The notes: generated by a model from the letters alone, not told the origin. A DNA stretch of 63,279 nt, filler included, from Chiloscyllium plagiosum (GCF_004010195.1; 4 parts of one record of this genome joined end to end with filler, not necessarily neighbours in it); one strand, 5' to 3'; shown: positions 50,290-63,279, counted from the first letter of the whole stretch. Program-made: numbers and translations.

Positions 50290-50685
50290 AAAATTAAATT
50301 TGCAGGATGAGGGCATCACTGGCCAGGCATTTATTTCCAATCCCTAATTGCCCCAGAGGGCAGTTTAGAAGCACTTGTTGGCCAAATCAGGCAAATTCCC
50401 TTCCATAAAGGACAGGTGAATCAGATGGTTTTCTCCCCCTGACAATGGTCATCATTAGATTCTTAATTCCAGATTTTTATTGAATTCAAGTTCCACCAGA
50501 ACAGGTTTAAAACCCAGGTCCTTAGAACATTACCTGGCTCTCTGGATTAATTTGAGGAGAAAGTGAGGTCTGCAGATGCTGGAGATCAGAGATGGAAATG
50601 TGTTAAAACCCAGGTCCTTAGAACATTACCTGGCTCTCTGGATTAATTACCTCATGATAATACCACCAGGCCAGCACCTCCCTTA
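50290..50685 (-). mobile_element. Second SINE family copy with a 50-bp PLE scrap inserted (50553-50602)
   Basis: Reverse complement of 27240-27560; 46-bp direct duplication flanks the insert. Confidence 0.8.
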
Positions 50686-51399
50686 GGAAGTCTAATAATA
50701 CTGTGATTTGTTTTGTGACCTCTTATAGTTGCTTTCAGTTTAGAAAAAGAAGCCATTAAAACCCACTCATGAGGCATGGTATCCGAAGTAAGTAGCAGAA
50801 ATTTGGAGTTTGAGCGCTCTTCTGGAGCCGTGAATGGTAATTATTAGACCTGCAGTCTGCAACTCTGAACAACTGGCTGAATCAGAGTGGCTGTAAATCT
50901 TCTAGTCCCTGATCCTGTGTGAGTGAAAGGTTATATGAGATAGCAGTGGAATTTCTTCTCGTCACAATAGCAAAATTATGAGATAACCACAGAATTATAA
51001 TAGGTACAGACATGATGGGTCAAATGGCCTCCTTCTGTACTGTAACATTCTATAATTCTATGACTAAACAGAAAACCTGAATACTCATGACAAGCAGCAA
51101 TGAGTTAGCAGTTGAAAGACCATGTCTTTTTAATTTTTCCATATTTTTAATTAGAGATTGAAATGGGAAAATAACTTTAAAAAGCAAGGATTGCCACATG
51201 TTTTTTCTAAATCAAGTAACCTGACACTTGCTTTAAGCACTGTTTACAATGCTAGTTCCAGACATAGTTAAGGTGCAGTTTGCAAATGAACTGGAGCCAA
51301 AGGGTAGTGTAAAATTGGAGTTCTGGGTGGTAACAAGCTACTGATTGGTCTATGGATCAATGACCAGTTATTGATGACAAAGCCCCTTTACTGACTTAG

Positions 51400-52880
51400 A
51401 CTGGTTAGCAAGGTTCGATCTCTTGGAATACAGGGAGAACTAGCCTATTGGAATATAGAACTGGCTCGAAAGTAGAAGACAGAGGGTGGTGGTTAAGGGT
51501 TGTTTTTCAGACTGGAGGCCTGTGACCAGTGGAGTGCCACAAGGATCGGTGCTGGGTCCTCTACTTTTCGTCACTGATATAAATGATTTGGATGCCAGCA
51601 TAAGAGGTACAGTTAGTAAATCTGCAGATGACACCAAAATTGGAGGTGTAGTGGACAGCGAAGAAGGTTACCTCAGATTGCAGCGGGATCTTGATCACGA
51701 GTTTTGAGAAGATTTGTAGCTCAGGTTGAGGATCTCGATGTATGTTTGCTCGTTTCATCATCCTCCTAGGTAACATCTTCAGTTGGCCTCCAGGCAAAAC
51801 ACTGCTGATGATTCCTGCTTTCTATTTATATGTTTGGGTTTCTTTGGGTCGGTGATGTCATTTCCTGTGGTGATGTCATTTCCTGTTCTTTTTCTAAGGG
51901 GGTGGTAGATGGAGTCTAACTCGATGTGTTTGTTGACAGAGTTCCAGTTGAAATGCCATCCTTCTAGGAATTCTCGTGCATGTCTCTGTTTGGCTTGTCC
52001 TAGGATAGATGTATTGATCCAATCGAAGTGGTGTCCTTCCTTATCTGTATGTAAGGGTGCTAGTGAGAGACAGTCATTTTTTTTGTGGATAGTTGCTGTT
52101 CATGTATCCTGGTGGCTAGTTTTCAGCCTGTTTGTCCAATGTGGTTTGTTACAGTCCTTGCACGGTGTTTTGTAAATGACATTAGTTTTGCTTGTTGTCT
52201 ATATAAGGTCTTTCAAGTTTATTAGCTGCTGTTTTAGTCTGTTCGTGGGTTTGTGAGCTACCATGATGCTAAGGGGTCTGAGTTGTGGGCAAACATATAA
52301 ATAGAAAGCAGGAATCATCAACAGTGTTTCGGTCGGAGGCCCACTGAAGGTGTTACCTGGTAGGGTGACAAAACATCTGGAAATGAACCTTCCAGTTCAG
52401 CGAGCAAACCTACATCTGGGATCTTGATCAGACGGGATCTTGAGGAGTGGCAGGTGAAATTTAATTTAGGTAAATGTGAGGTGTTGCATTTTGGGAAAGC
52501 AAATCTTAGCAGGACTTATGCAGTTAATGATAAGGTCCTGGGGAATGTTGCTGAAAAATGAGACCTTGGAGCAGAGGTTCATAGCTCTTGAAAGTAGAAT
52601 CACAGGTAGACAAGATAGTGAAGAAGGTGTTTGGTATGCTTTCCTTTATTGGTCAGAATATTGAATATAGAAGTTGGGAGGTCATGTTGATTGGGACACT
52701 TTTGGAATATTCTGGGCAATTCTGGTCTCCTTCCAATCGGATGGCTGTTGTGAAACTTGAAAGGGTTCAGAAAAGATTTACAAGGATGTTGCCAGGGTTG
52801 GAGGATTTGAGCTATAGGGAGAGGCTGAATAGGCTGGGGCTGTTTTCCTTGAAGCGTCAGAGGCTGAGAAGTAACCTTAG
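51400..52880 (+). mobile_element. CR1 RT fragment interrupted by PLE family C
   Basis: [24 protein letters not shown]...ADDTKIGG; resumes after 52430. Confidence 0.9.
51698..52417 (-). mobile_element. PLE family C: GIY-YIG endonuclease 3' end with an inverted terminal repeat
   Basis: Minus strand reads HIGQTG*KLATRIHE...HTDKEGHHFDW...ILGQAKQRHAREFLEGW; 51735-51835 is inverted at 52290-52416; 13-bp TSD GGGATCTTGATCA at 51685-51697 and 52418-52430. Confidence 0.88.
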
Positions 52881-52949
52881 CCAAATAGTGATAAATACTT
52901 TGTTAGCTTTGATTTCTCTTCATATTTGCATAAAGAGCTGTTAGTGGCA

Positions 52950-54380
52950 GAGTCATAGATATGTACAGCACAGAAACAGACCCTTCGTTCCAACTCGCCC
53001 ATGCCGACCATATATCCCAACCTAATCTCATCCCACTTGCCACCACCAGGCCCATATTCCTTCAAACCTTTCCTATTCATCTACCCATCCAGATGCCTTT
53101 AAAATGCTCTAATTATATCAGCCTCCACCACTTCCTCTGGCAGCTCATTCCAAACATGCACCACCCTCTACGTGAAAATGTTCCTCCTCAGGTGCTTTTT
53201 AAATCTTTCCCCTCTCACCTTAAAACTATGCCCTCTAGTTTTGGACTCCCCCACTCTCGGAAAAAGATGTTGGCTATTAATCCTAACCATGCCCCTCATG
53301 ATTTTATAAACCTCTGTAAGGTCACCCTCAGCCTCCAACCTTCCAGAGAAAAAAAGCCCCAACCTATTCACTCCCTCCCGAAATCTCAAACCCTCTCATC
53401 CTGGCAACATCCTTGTAAATTATTTCTACACCCTCTCAAGTTTAAAAGCATCCTTCCTGCAGATGCAGTATTCCAAAAGTAGGCTCACCAATGTCCTGAA
53501 CAGCTGCAACATGATGTCCCAAGTCCTATGGTCAATGCACTGATCAAAGAAGGCAAGCATACCAAACATCTTCTTCACCATCCTGTCTAAGTGTGATATC
53601 ACTTTCAAGGAACTGTCTGCACTCCAAGTTCTCTTTGTTCAGCAACACTCCTCAGGTCTGTACCATTAAGTGTACAAGTCCCACCTGATTTGCTTTACCA
53701 AAATGCAACACCTCACATTTATCTAAATTAAACTCCATCTGCCACTCTACAGCCCATTGGCCTATCTGATCAAGGTCTTGTTGTACTCTGAGATAATCTT
53801 CTTCACTGTTCACTATTCCACCTATTTTGGTTTCATCTGCAAACTTACTAACCATACCTCCTATATTCACATCCAAACCATCTGTATAAATGATGAAAAA
53901 CAGTTGACCCAGCACTGATCTTTGTGACACACCACTGGTCACAGGTTTCCATTCTGTAAAGCAACCCTCTACCACCACCCTCTGTCTCCTATTTTCAAGC
54001 CAGTCTCCCTGTATTCCATGTGATTGAACCTTGCCAACCACTCTACCATGCGGAACCTTGTCGAACGCCATGTTGAAGTCCATACAGACAACATCTACCG
54101 TTCTGCCTTCATCAATCTTCTTTGTAACTGATTGTAAAAACTCAAACAAGTTTGTGAGACATGATTTCCCAGCTACAAAGCCATGCTGACTATCTCTAAT
54201 CAGTCCTTGCATTTCCAAATACATGTCAATCCTTCCAGCAGAATCCCCTCCAACAGCTTGTCAACCACTGATGTCAGGCTCACTGGCCTATAGTTCCCTG
54301 GCTTTTCCTTACAGCTTTCCTTAAATAATGGCACCAGATTAGCCAACCTCCAGTCTTCCAGCACCTCATCTGTATGCATG
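52950..54380 (-). mobile_element. CR1 RT to 3' end
   Basis: SQHGFV.GKSCLTNL.EF...MDF..AFDKVPH...KFADETKIGG. Confidence 0.93.
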
Positions 54381-54434
54381 TAACAAGTTAACATTCAGTG
54401 ACTTGTGTGCATTTAAGCGAAAGTATATAGATAG

Positions 54435-55290
54435 ATAGAAGATAGGAGCAGGAGGATGCCATTTGGCCCTTCGAACCTGCTCCGCCATTCATTATGATCA
54501 TGGCTGATCATCCGCCCCTGGTGCTCACCTTCCACCCTACCAACCTTTGCATAAACCAAATCATCCACCGACATTTCCGCCACCTCCAAACGGACCCCAC
54601 CACCAGGGATATATTTCCCTCCCCACCTCTCTCCGCCTTCCGCAAAGACCGTTCCCTCAGTGACTACCTGGTCAGGTCCACGTCCCCCTACGACCCACCC
54701 TCCCATCCTGGCACTTTCCCCTGCCACCAGGCTCTCTGCCTTTATTCCTGATGAAGGGCTTTTGCCCGAAACGTCAATTTCGAAGCTCCTCGGATGCTGC
54801 CTGAACTGCTGTGCTCTTCCAGCACCACTGATCCATCCAACTCAACAGCCTAATCTGGTTTCTCCTCATAACCTTTGATCCCATTCCCCCCAAATGCTAT
54901 GTCTCGCTGCCTCTTGAATACATTCAATGTTTTATTATCAACTACTTCCTGTGGTAATGAATTCCACAGGCTCACCACTCTTTGGGTGAAGAAATGTCTC
55001 CTCGTCTCCATCCTAAATGATCTACCTGAATCCTCAGACTGTGACCTCTGGTTCTGGAACCACTGGGAATATGCTCCCTGCATCAAGCCTGTCTTGTCCT
55101 GCTAGAATTTTATAAGTCGCTATGAGAGCCTCCCTTATTCATCTGAACTCCAGCAAAAATAATCCTAAACTAGTCAAACTCTCCTCATACGTCAATCCTG
55201 CTATCCCCAAAATCAGCCTGGGAAACCTTCACTCACTCCCTTGAGAGAAAGAGCATCCTTCCTCAGAAAAGGGGACCAAAACTGCACAAT
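54435..55290 (-). mobile_element. CR1 3' fragment interrupted by a PLE
   Basis: RRHFFTQRVVSLWNSLPQEVV; UTR split at 54513/54834. Confidence 0.85.
54514..54833 (+). mobile_element. Internally deleted PLE with an intact hammerhead motif at 54748-54775
   Basis: PLVLTFHPTNL.I..II.RHFRHLQTDPTTRDIFPSPPLSAFRKDRSL.DYLVRS...GTFPC fused to the terminal repeat; CTGATGA-A-GGGC-TTTT-GCCC-GAAAC-GTC. Confidence 0.9.
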
Positions 55291-55837
55291 TTCCAATTTG
55301 AAAATAGAAAGCATTTGCTGTGTTATTTTAGATGTGACCTTTCACTTTCCTGCTGTGCTATAACATTTGGGAAGTACACTACACACAGCATTAGGGAAGG
55401 CTGATGCTCAGTACAGTGTGGAACAATTTGTACTTTTACTGGCAATATACCTCTCAGGTAAAGTTGAATGCTGTCTTCATCTCTGCTCAATCACAGATTA
55501 TTGCTCAGCTCTGTTTTCTCCCTTGATTGGATCACTTTGTTACTATGGTGATTTTAACTGCACCTCGATTTTGCAGTGAAAATGAAACTCATGCTGTGGC
55601 AGAAATAAGGCTCAAGCTATTCCTTCATTTAAATCCCACCCTAGAATAGAAGATATCATGACCTGGAGGCTGCTCGCCCACGCAGGGAAGTGGGATGCAG
55701 AGTCACCTCAAAGAACAAAGAACAGGAACAGGCCCTTGCACCCTCCGAGCCTGCACCACCACATTTTGCCCTTCCATACTAAAACTGTCTTCACTCACAG
55801 GATCCTAATCCCTCCATTCCCTTCCTAATTATGTATT

Positions 55838-56884
55838 GATTGATTGATTGATTGTTTAATTGATTGTCACGTGTACCGAAGTACAGTGAAAAGCCTTGTT
55901 TATGAGCAATACAGGCAGATCATAGCAAGCAAGGATGTACAGATCAAAAAGATTTAGAGGCAAACAAGTTACATTGCGCAGGGCATGCACTAGGCAAGAT
56001 CAATGTTAGCAAGGTCAGGATTATTTGAGGATAGAGAGTCCATTCATCAGTCTAATAATGGCCAGTTATTAGAAGCTGTTCCTGAACCTGCTGGGGTGTG
56101 CGTTCAGGCTTCTCTATCTTCTTCCTGACTGAAGAGGTTGTAGGAAAGTGTTGCCAGTGTGCGATGGGTCTTTGATGATGTTGGCAACCTTTCTGTGGCA
56201 GTGAGCTGTGTAATTGGAGTCCATGGATGGAAGGTTGACTTCTGTGATGCTCTGAGCTGTGCACACAACTGTCTACAGTTTCTTATGATCCTGGGCACAG
56301 CCATTGCTATATCAGGCCATTAGGTACCTGTACAGTATGCTCTCAATGGTTCACCTGGAGAAACTAGTAAGGGTCCTTATGGGCATGCCAAATTTCCTGA
56401 GCTGCCTGTGGAAGAAGAGGCATTGTTGTGCCTTCTTGACTGTTGCTTCTACATGGGAAGATCAGGACAGGTGATTGGTTATTTCACGCTCTCCACCCTC
56501 TTAACCTCAGTGCCTTTGAAGTAGACGTGGGCGTTTCCTCCTCCTTTCTTTCTGATGTCAATGATCATATCGTTAGTTTTGCTGACGTTAAGAGAGAGGT
56601 TGTTCTCATTGCACCACATTGCCAAGCCCTCTACCTCCATTCTGTATTTTGACTCACTGTTGTTAGACATCCATCCCACTACAGTGATGTCGTCAGTTAA
56701 CTTATAGATGGCTTTCGTTGGGTATTTGGTAATGCAGTTGTGGGTGTATGGGGAGTACAATAGGAGGCTGAGAATGCATCCTTGGGGAGTGGCTCCAGTG
56801 TTGAGTGTTACTGTAGAGGATGTGCAGTTATCTATCTTCACTGAGTGTGATCTGTGGGTCAGAAAGCTGAGGCTCCAGTTGCCT
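55838..56884 (-). mobile_element. Rex1/Babar-clade LINE
   Basis: LNTGA.PQGCILS.LLYS.YT...IYKLTDD.TVVG...WCNENNLSLNVSKT; (AATC)n tail. Confidence 0.88.
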
Positions 56885-58018
56885 TGGTCCAGGTGCTTCC
56901 TGAATACTGCTATTGCATCTGTTTCCACCCCCTTCTCTGGCAACATGTTCCAGGCACTCACCGCTCTTTGTGTGAAAAACGTGCCTTGCACATCTGTTTT
57001 AACTTTCCCCCCTCACATCTTCAACCTGTATCCCCTAGTAATTGACCCCTGCACCCTGGGAAAAAGCCTCATACTTTCCACTCCATCAATGCCATTCACA
57101 ATCTTATACACTTCTATCAGGTCGTCCCTCAACCTTCTGTGTTCCAGTGAAAACAAACCCAGTCTATCTTTTTTCATAGCTAAAATCCTCCATACCGGGC
57201 AACATCCTGGTAAACCTTTTCGGTACCCTCTCCAAACCATTCACATCCTTCTGGTAGTGTGGTAACCAAGATTGTACGCAGTATTCCAAGTGTGGCCTAA
57301 CGAAAGTTCTATAATGCTGCAGCATGACATGTTTATCCTTATACTCAATGCCCCTTCCAGTCAAGGCTAGCATGCAATAGGCCTTTTTCACGACCTTATC
57401 TGCCTGCACTGCCACCTCCAGTGATCTGTAGACTTGCACACCCAGATCCTTCTGCATTTCAATACTCCTAAGGGTTCTACCATTCACTGTATAAATTCCA
57501 CCTGCAATTGACCTTCCAAAATGCATCACCTCACATTTGGCCGGAATAAACTCTATCTGCCATTTTTTTGCCCATGCCTCCAACTGATCTATGTCCTGCT
57601 GTATCCTCTGACAATCCTCCTCACTATCCACAACTCCACCAATCTCTGTATCATCTGCAAATTTACCAGTTAGACCAGCTACGTGTTCCTCCAAATCATG
57701 ACCATGAACAGCAGAGTTCCCAGCACTGATCCCAGTGGATCTCCACTAGTCACAGCCCTCCATTCCAAAAAGCATCCTTCCACTGTTACCCTCTGCATCC
57801 TATGACGAAGCCAATTCTGTATCTATCTTTCTAGCTCACCCCGATACCATGTGACTTCACTTTTTGTACCAGTCTGCCATAAGGGAATTTGTCAAAGACT
57901 TTACTGAAGTCCATGTAGACAACAACGGCTTTTCCCTCATCGATCATCTTTGTCACCTCCTCAAAAAACTCGATCAAGTTAGTGAGGCACGACCTCCCCT
58001 GCACAAAACCAGGCTGAC

Positions 58019-59772
58019 TACCCATAGCTTCCAACCTCATAGTCCAGGAACCCCGCACTGCCTGCTTCTACCTCCTTCCCAAGATCCACAAGCCTGACCA
58101 CCCTGGTCGACCCATTGTCTCAGCATGCTCCTGCCCCACTGAACTCATTTCTATCTACCTCGACATTGTCCTATCCCCCCTAGTCCAGGAACTCCCCACA
58201 TATGTTCGAGACACCACCCACGCCCTCCACCTCCTCCAAGACTTCCGTTTCCCCGGCCCCCAACACCTCATCTTCACCTTGGATATCCAATCTCTCTACA
58301 CCTCCATCCACCATGACCAGGGCCTCCAAACCCACCGTTTCTTCCTCTCTGATGTCCCCAACTGTACCCTTCCACCGACACTCTCATTCGTTTTGCCGAA
58401 CTGATCCTCACCCTTAACAATTTCTCCTTCGAATCCTTCCAATTCCTCCAGACCAAAGGGGTAGCCATGGGCACACGTATTGGCCCCAGCTATGCCTGTC
58501 TCTTTGTTGGCTACATAGAAAAGTCCATGTTCCGTAATTACACCGGCACCACTCCTCACCTCTACCTCAGCTACATTGATGACTGCATTGGCGCCACCTC
58601 GTGCTCTTGGGAGGAGGTTGAGCAATACACCAACTTCACACCTGACCTTAAATTTACCTGGACCATCTCTGACACCTCCCTCCCCTTCCTGGACCTCTCC
58701 ATCTCCATTAATGACGACCGACTTGACACTGACATTTTTTACAAACCCACCGACTCCCACAGCTACCTGGATTACACCTCTTCCCACCCTACCTCCTGCA
58801 AAAATGCCATCCCGTATTCCCAATTCCTCTGCCTTATCTGCCCCCAGGAGGATCAGTTCCACCACAGAACACACCAGGTGGCCTCCTTCNNNNNNNNNNN
58901 NNNNNNNNNNNNNNNNNNNNNNNNNNNNNNNNNNNNNNNNNNNNNNNNNNNNNNNNNNNNNNNNNNNNNNNNNNNNNNNNNNNNNNNNNNNNNNNNNNNN
59001 NNNNNNNNNNNNNNNNNNNNNNNNNNNNNNNNNNNNNNNNNNNNNNNNNNNNNNNNNNNNNNNNNNNNNNNNNNNNNNNNNNNNNNNNNNNNNNNNNNNN
59101 NNNNNNNNNNNNNNNNNNNNNNNNNNNNNNNNNNNNNNNNNNNNNNNNNNNNNNNNNNNNNNNNNNNNNNNNNNNNNNNNNNNNNNNNNNNNNNNNNNNN
59201 NNNNNNNNNNNNNNNNNNNNNNNNNNNNNNNNNNNNNNNNNNNNNNNNNNNNNNNNNNNNNNNNNNNNNNNNNNNNNNNNNNNNNNNNNNNNNNNNNNNN
59301 NNNNNNNNNNNNNNNNNNNNNNNNNNNNNNNNNNNNNNNNNNNNNNNNNNNNNNNNNNNNNNNNNNNNNNNNNNNNNNNNNNNNNNNNNNNNNNNNNNNN
59401 NNNNNNNNNNNNNNNNNNNNNNNNNNNNNNNNNNNNNNNNNNNNNNNNNNNNNNNNNNNNNNNNNNNNNNNNNNNNNNNNNNNNNNNNNNNNNNNNNNNN
59501 NNNNNNNNNNNNNNNNNNNNNNNNNNNNNNNNNNNNNNNNNNNNNNNNNNNNNNNNNNNNNNNNNNNNNNNNNNNNNNNNNNNNNNNNNNNNNNNNNNNN
59601 NNNNNNNNNNNTTATCTCTCACCCTTCGGGCTCACTGCCTTTATTCCTGATGAAGGGCTTTTGCCTGAAACGTCGATTTTACTGCTCCTCGGATGCTGCC
59701 TGAACTGCTGTGCTCTTCCAGCACCACTAATCTAGAATCTGGTTTCCAGCATCTGCAGTCATTTGTTTTACC
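58019..59772 (+). mobile_element. Penelope-like element: RT domain, N gap and terminal repeat with a hammerhead motif (59647-59674)
   Basis: FYLLPKIHKP..PGRPIVS; QTKGVAMGTRIGPSYACLFVGY; YIDD; LPFLDL; YKPTDSHSYLDYTSSHP; has frameshifts. Confidence 0.95.
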
Positions 59773-60399
59773 TATCACAAATAAGAGCGTTTCCTTCTAA
59801 ATGCGTATAGATCTTGTTCCTGAGAATCTTTTCCAATAATGTCCCTAATACCGATGTGAGACTTGCAGGCCTGTAATTTCCAGGACTATCCCTGCTACCC
59901 TTTTAAAAAAAAGACAACATTGGCTATCCTGCAGTCCTCTCGGACCTCACTTATGGCCAAAGAGGATACAAAGATGTCTATCAATGGTCCAGCAATTTGT
60001 TCACTTGCCTCCCTCAGTATTCTGGGATAGATCCCATCAAGACCTGGGGACCTATCTACCTTTAATACTTTTTAAGACACGTAACAGCTCTTCCTTCTGC
60101 ATTCCAAATGGATACAGGCGTAAACAGGGTGTTCTGAGCTTTCTCTGTGGTACTTGGATGGACAGCCCTGCACCTTCTGACCCCACATAGCAAGAGAAAT
60201 AAAATCTTTTTCTCCAGTTCTTAAAACTCAGAAACTCAGGGCTAATTAAAACCCACAATAGAGAGCTGAGCATTGAAACTTAACGCTAATCAGTGCTGCA
60301 CCCCATTAACACTCCAATATTGTACTAAGGATAGCTCTAGATCTAGAGCTGCCATTTGTACCTGCTCATACTCATATTCAAGCTATGATTTGTCTGAGC

Positions 60400-60545
60400 T
60401 CACTACACCCAAATTGGTCACCACATTTGTAGCATTAGAATAGCAACTACTCTTCAGAAGAAAGTACTTAATTGGTTGTAAAGTACTTTGGCATGTCCTA
60501 TGGTTGTGAAAGGCACTATACAAATGCAGGCATCTCTTTACTCAT
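60400..60545 (+). mobile_element. L2-tailed SINE (DeuSINE/SacSINE1-like) 3' end
   Basis: AAGTACTTAATTGGTTGTAAAGTACTTTGG...GTGAAAGGCACTATACAAATGCA; family name from memory only. Confidence 0.55.
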
Positions 60546-62169
60546 TCTTTACAGGTTTGCCCTTGGCCCGTACAATCTTCCAGCTGAGGCACATAAATTG
60601 GCAGTTGGATCTTGACAACCCAATCAGGATCTGAGGTTTGTGTGTGAAGAAGGATTAAGTTGGTCCAGGGCAGGTAGGTGCCCTTGCTTTAAAGACATCA
60701 GGTTAAAATCTCAAAATGCTAGTCTCCAGGTGACTTCCCTATGGGTACTCAGTGAGGAGGATTCAAACCACCCCTGCTGTGTTGCACGCCTCGGATTCTG
60801 AGTTTTAGTTTGCAGAGAGAGATCTGGAACTCATAACTTTCTGTCAGAGAGGTGAGAGTGATCTATTGCTAATATCTGATCTGCAGAAACAGCAGGTTCC
60901 AGGTCCTTTCCACAGGTCCATCCCTTCCCATGTTCTCAGTGTAAAATGGAAAAAAAACTTTCTTGTCAGTTAGCCAGACATTTTTTGCAATGACATGGAA
61001 AGAAACGTTACATTAACATTAAGGTAAACTGTGAACTGACAGCACAGTGTCTGTACTGTAAATAGCTTCAGGCTGTTCAGATCAGACTCCTGATATAAAG
61101 AGTGTGTGAAATGCTTGCATTCAGGGCTTTACAATCAAAGCTGACAGGCGTTCACAGGATAGTTTTGGCTCACACAGCACGGTAACAGAATACCAATCCT
61201 GCAGTTTAAACCCACAGTGTAGCTTTTGTGGATCTGTTAATGCTTCATTTTAAAAATCATTATATTCAATCTCACATAAACCGTGCCCCATTCACAAAGC
61301 TATTACTGATCGGATGTTCTTTTTTTAAAAAAAAATTACACAGTACTCTACAAGTTAATAATTTTCTGAAAACCAACGGAAAGTGCATTTTTTTTCCCTC
61401 CAGTTGTGAAAGGCTTGTGGATTCAGCTTGAAAGCAACTCTTAGTTCAGATGGTGACAAAGAGAGAGAGAGAGGGCAAAACATCTAGAGGTTTTACTCTG
61501 TACCTGTAGATATCAGGTAGGGAGAGTGCAGTGATTATTTCATGTTCTAATAGCCTGCCAGCACTCATCATTAAAGCTCACACACTCAACCTGGACATGA
61601 AGGAGAAGGTGCTTCAAGGAGATGAGTAATCCAGACAGTTTCACAAAGGTGTCATGTGGCTATTTGGCCCATCGGTTTCCAAAGTGGCTCTGTAAATGAG
61701 ACTTTAATTTAGTGTCATTCTCCTGCCTTTTCCCTGTGTCACTGCAGATTGTTCCTGTGCAAGTAATCATTTAATGCCCTCTTGAACACCTCAATTCAAC
61801 TTGCCTCTACCACACAGAGGCAGTGCATTCCAGATCTGTACCACTTGTGTATGTTACCACAACATATTTGCTACTTTTGCAAATTGCTTTGTCTGGGCTA
61901 AAGCTCTGGGGACACAGTAAAATCCCATCACATCTGCTGGTGCAATTTGATGTTCAATTAATTTGGAAAATTAATTAATTAAAGGCTAGGCAGTAATGTG
62001 GTGGTCATTGAAGTAATAATCCAGAGACTCAAGCTCACATGGGTCTGAATGCCACCCTGGCAGATGGTGAAAGTTGAATTCAATTCATAAATCTGGAATT
62101 AAAAGCTAGTGCCTGAGTGATTATGAAACCATTTTCAATTGTCATAAAAACTGCTGGAGGTTACAAATA

Positions 62170-63030
62170 TCCTGAACTTCAATGACGGATGAGCCCAGTG
62201 CACCAGGATAAAGGTCAAGGCTGAAACATTTACAACAGTCTTCACCCAGAGGTGTGGAATGGATGATGCATCATGGCGTCCTGCCGTGGTCCCCAGTATC
62301 ACAGCTGCCATTCTTCACCAATTCGATTCACTTCAAGTGATATCAAGGAATGGTTGGAGGCAGTGCTGTAAGGGCCACGCACCCTAACAGTGTTCCGGCA
62401 ATAGTACTGAACGTTTGTGATCCAGAACTTGCCGCACTCCTAGCCAACCTGTTCTAGTACAGTTACAACACTGGCATCTACCCAGCAATGTGGAAAAGTG
62501 CCCAGGATATGTCCTGTCTACAGAAAGCATGACAAATCAAAGCCAGATAATAACCGGCCCACCAGCCAACTCTCAATCAAAACTAAAGTGATGGAAAAGT
62601 TGTAGACTGTGCTTTCAAGCAGCACTTTCTCAGTAACAACCTGCTCACTGACGCCCAGTTTGGGTTCCACTGGGGCCATTCAGCTTTTGACCTCATTTCA
62701 GTCTTCCTTCAAATACAGACTCGAGAGCTGACCTCTGGAGATTAGTGAGGTTGAGAACACTTGACATCCATCTGTATTTGATCAAATGTGACATAAGGGA
62801 GACCTCACAAAACTGGATTCCATGAGAATAAGGAGGAAAATTCTTCGCAGTTTGAAGACATACCTGGCACAAAGGAAGATGCTTCTGTTTTGTGAATTCA
62901 AGTGAATTCAACTTCTGCCATTGTCATTCAATATGATAATCTTTGATGAATCTTCAACATCTTGGGGTTTACCATTGAGCAGAAACTGAACAGGACTGAC
63001 CATATAACTACAAGTGTAGGTTAGAGATGA
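62170..63030 (+). mobile_element. CR1/L2-group LINE (second family), ORF2 fragment
   Basis: Homologous to 2570-2830 and 41200-42020; PELAALLANLF..SYNTGIYPAMWK; QFGF. Confidence 0.8.
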
Positions 63031-63095
63031 TAGGCAGAGTCTTCCCAGCACTTGAGAAACATGGACCTTGGGGCAAAATTGGGAAGGTTATGTGA

Positions 63096-63279
63096 GATCT
63101 GAAAATGTGTTGCTGGAAAAGCACAGCAGGTTAGGCAGCATCCAAGGAGTAGGAGAATTGACGTTTCGGGCATAAGCCCTTCTTCAGGAATGAGGAAAGT
63201 GTGTCCAGCGGGCTAAGATAAAAGGTAGGGAGGAGGGACTTCGGGGAGGGGCGTTGGAAATGCGATAGGTGGAAGGAGG
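63096..63279 (-). mobile_element. PLE family A terminal repeat with an intact hammerhead motif (63160-63187), cut by the window edge
   Basis: Reverse complement of 1-158. Confidence 0.88.

Larger units (their letters stand above)
55710..60110 (-). mobile_element. Long CR1 (3' end at 55710, RT at 56885-58018 and 59773-60110) carrying Rex1 and PLE insertions
   Basis: [47 protein letters not shown]; colinear once the inserts are removed. Confidence 0.88.

Noticed and set aside
1..63279. The window ends are inverted copies of each other, suggesting a giant TIR element
   Set aside because: Both ends are the high-copy PLE family A repeat found many times internally; there are no transposase, polB or capsid genes, and several scaffold gaps intervene

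Overview
Repeat-dense vertebrate genomic DNA, almost certainly from a shark or ray: it carries HE1/V-SINEs with HER1/CR1-type tails. I found no intact host protein-coding gene, rRNA, true tRNA gene or CRISPR array. The window is a nest of decayed transposons: many CR1 LINE fragments, a second CR1/L2-group LINE with a partner SINE, Rex1/Babar LINEs, one Tx1/L1 3' end, two Gypsy LTR relics, a solo LTR, a spliced Harbinger Myb/SANT-like relic, and at least three families of Penelope-like elements (PLEs). The most interesting signal is about 15 minimal hammerhead-ribozyme motifs (CTGAnGA-stem II-GAAA-palindromic stem III-NTC) in the PLE terminal repeats. Several sit in 150-270 bp TSD-flanked fold-back mini-elements, two of which carry the motif on both strands. 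Other notable items are a CR1 with twin-priming-type 5' inversion geometry, a 46-bp target duplication and a degenerate 106-bp palindrome in unique DNA. Three ~100-bp N gaps contain an artificial TTAATTAATTAA linker, so adjacency across them is not trustworthy. All family names come from motif recognition by eye, and boundaries of old repeats are approximate.
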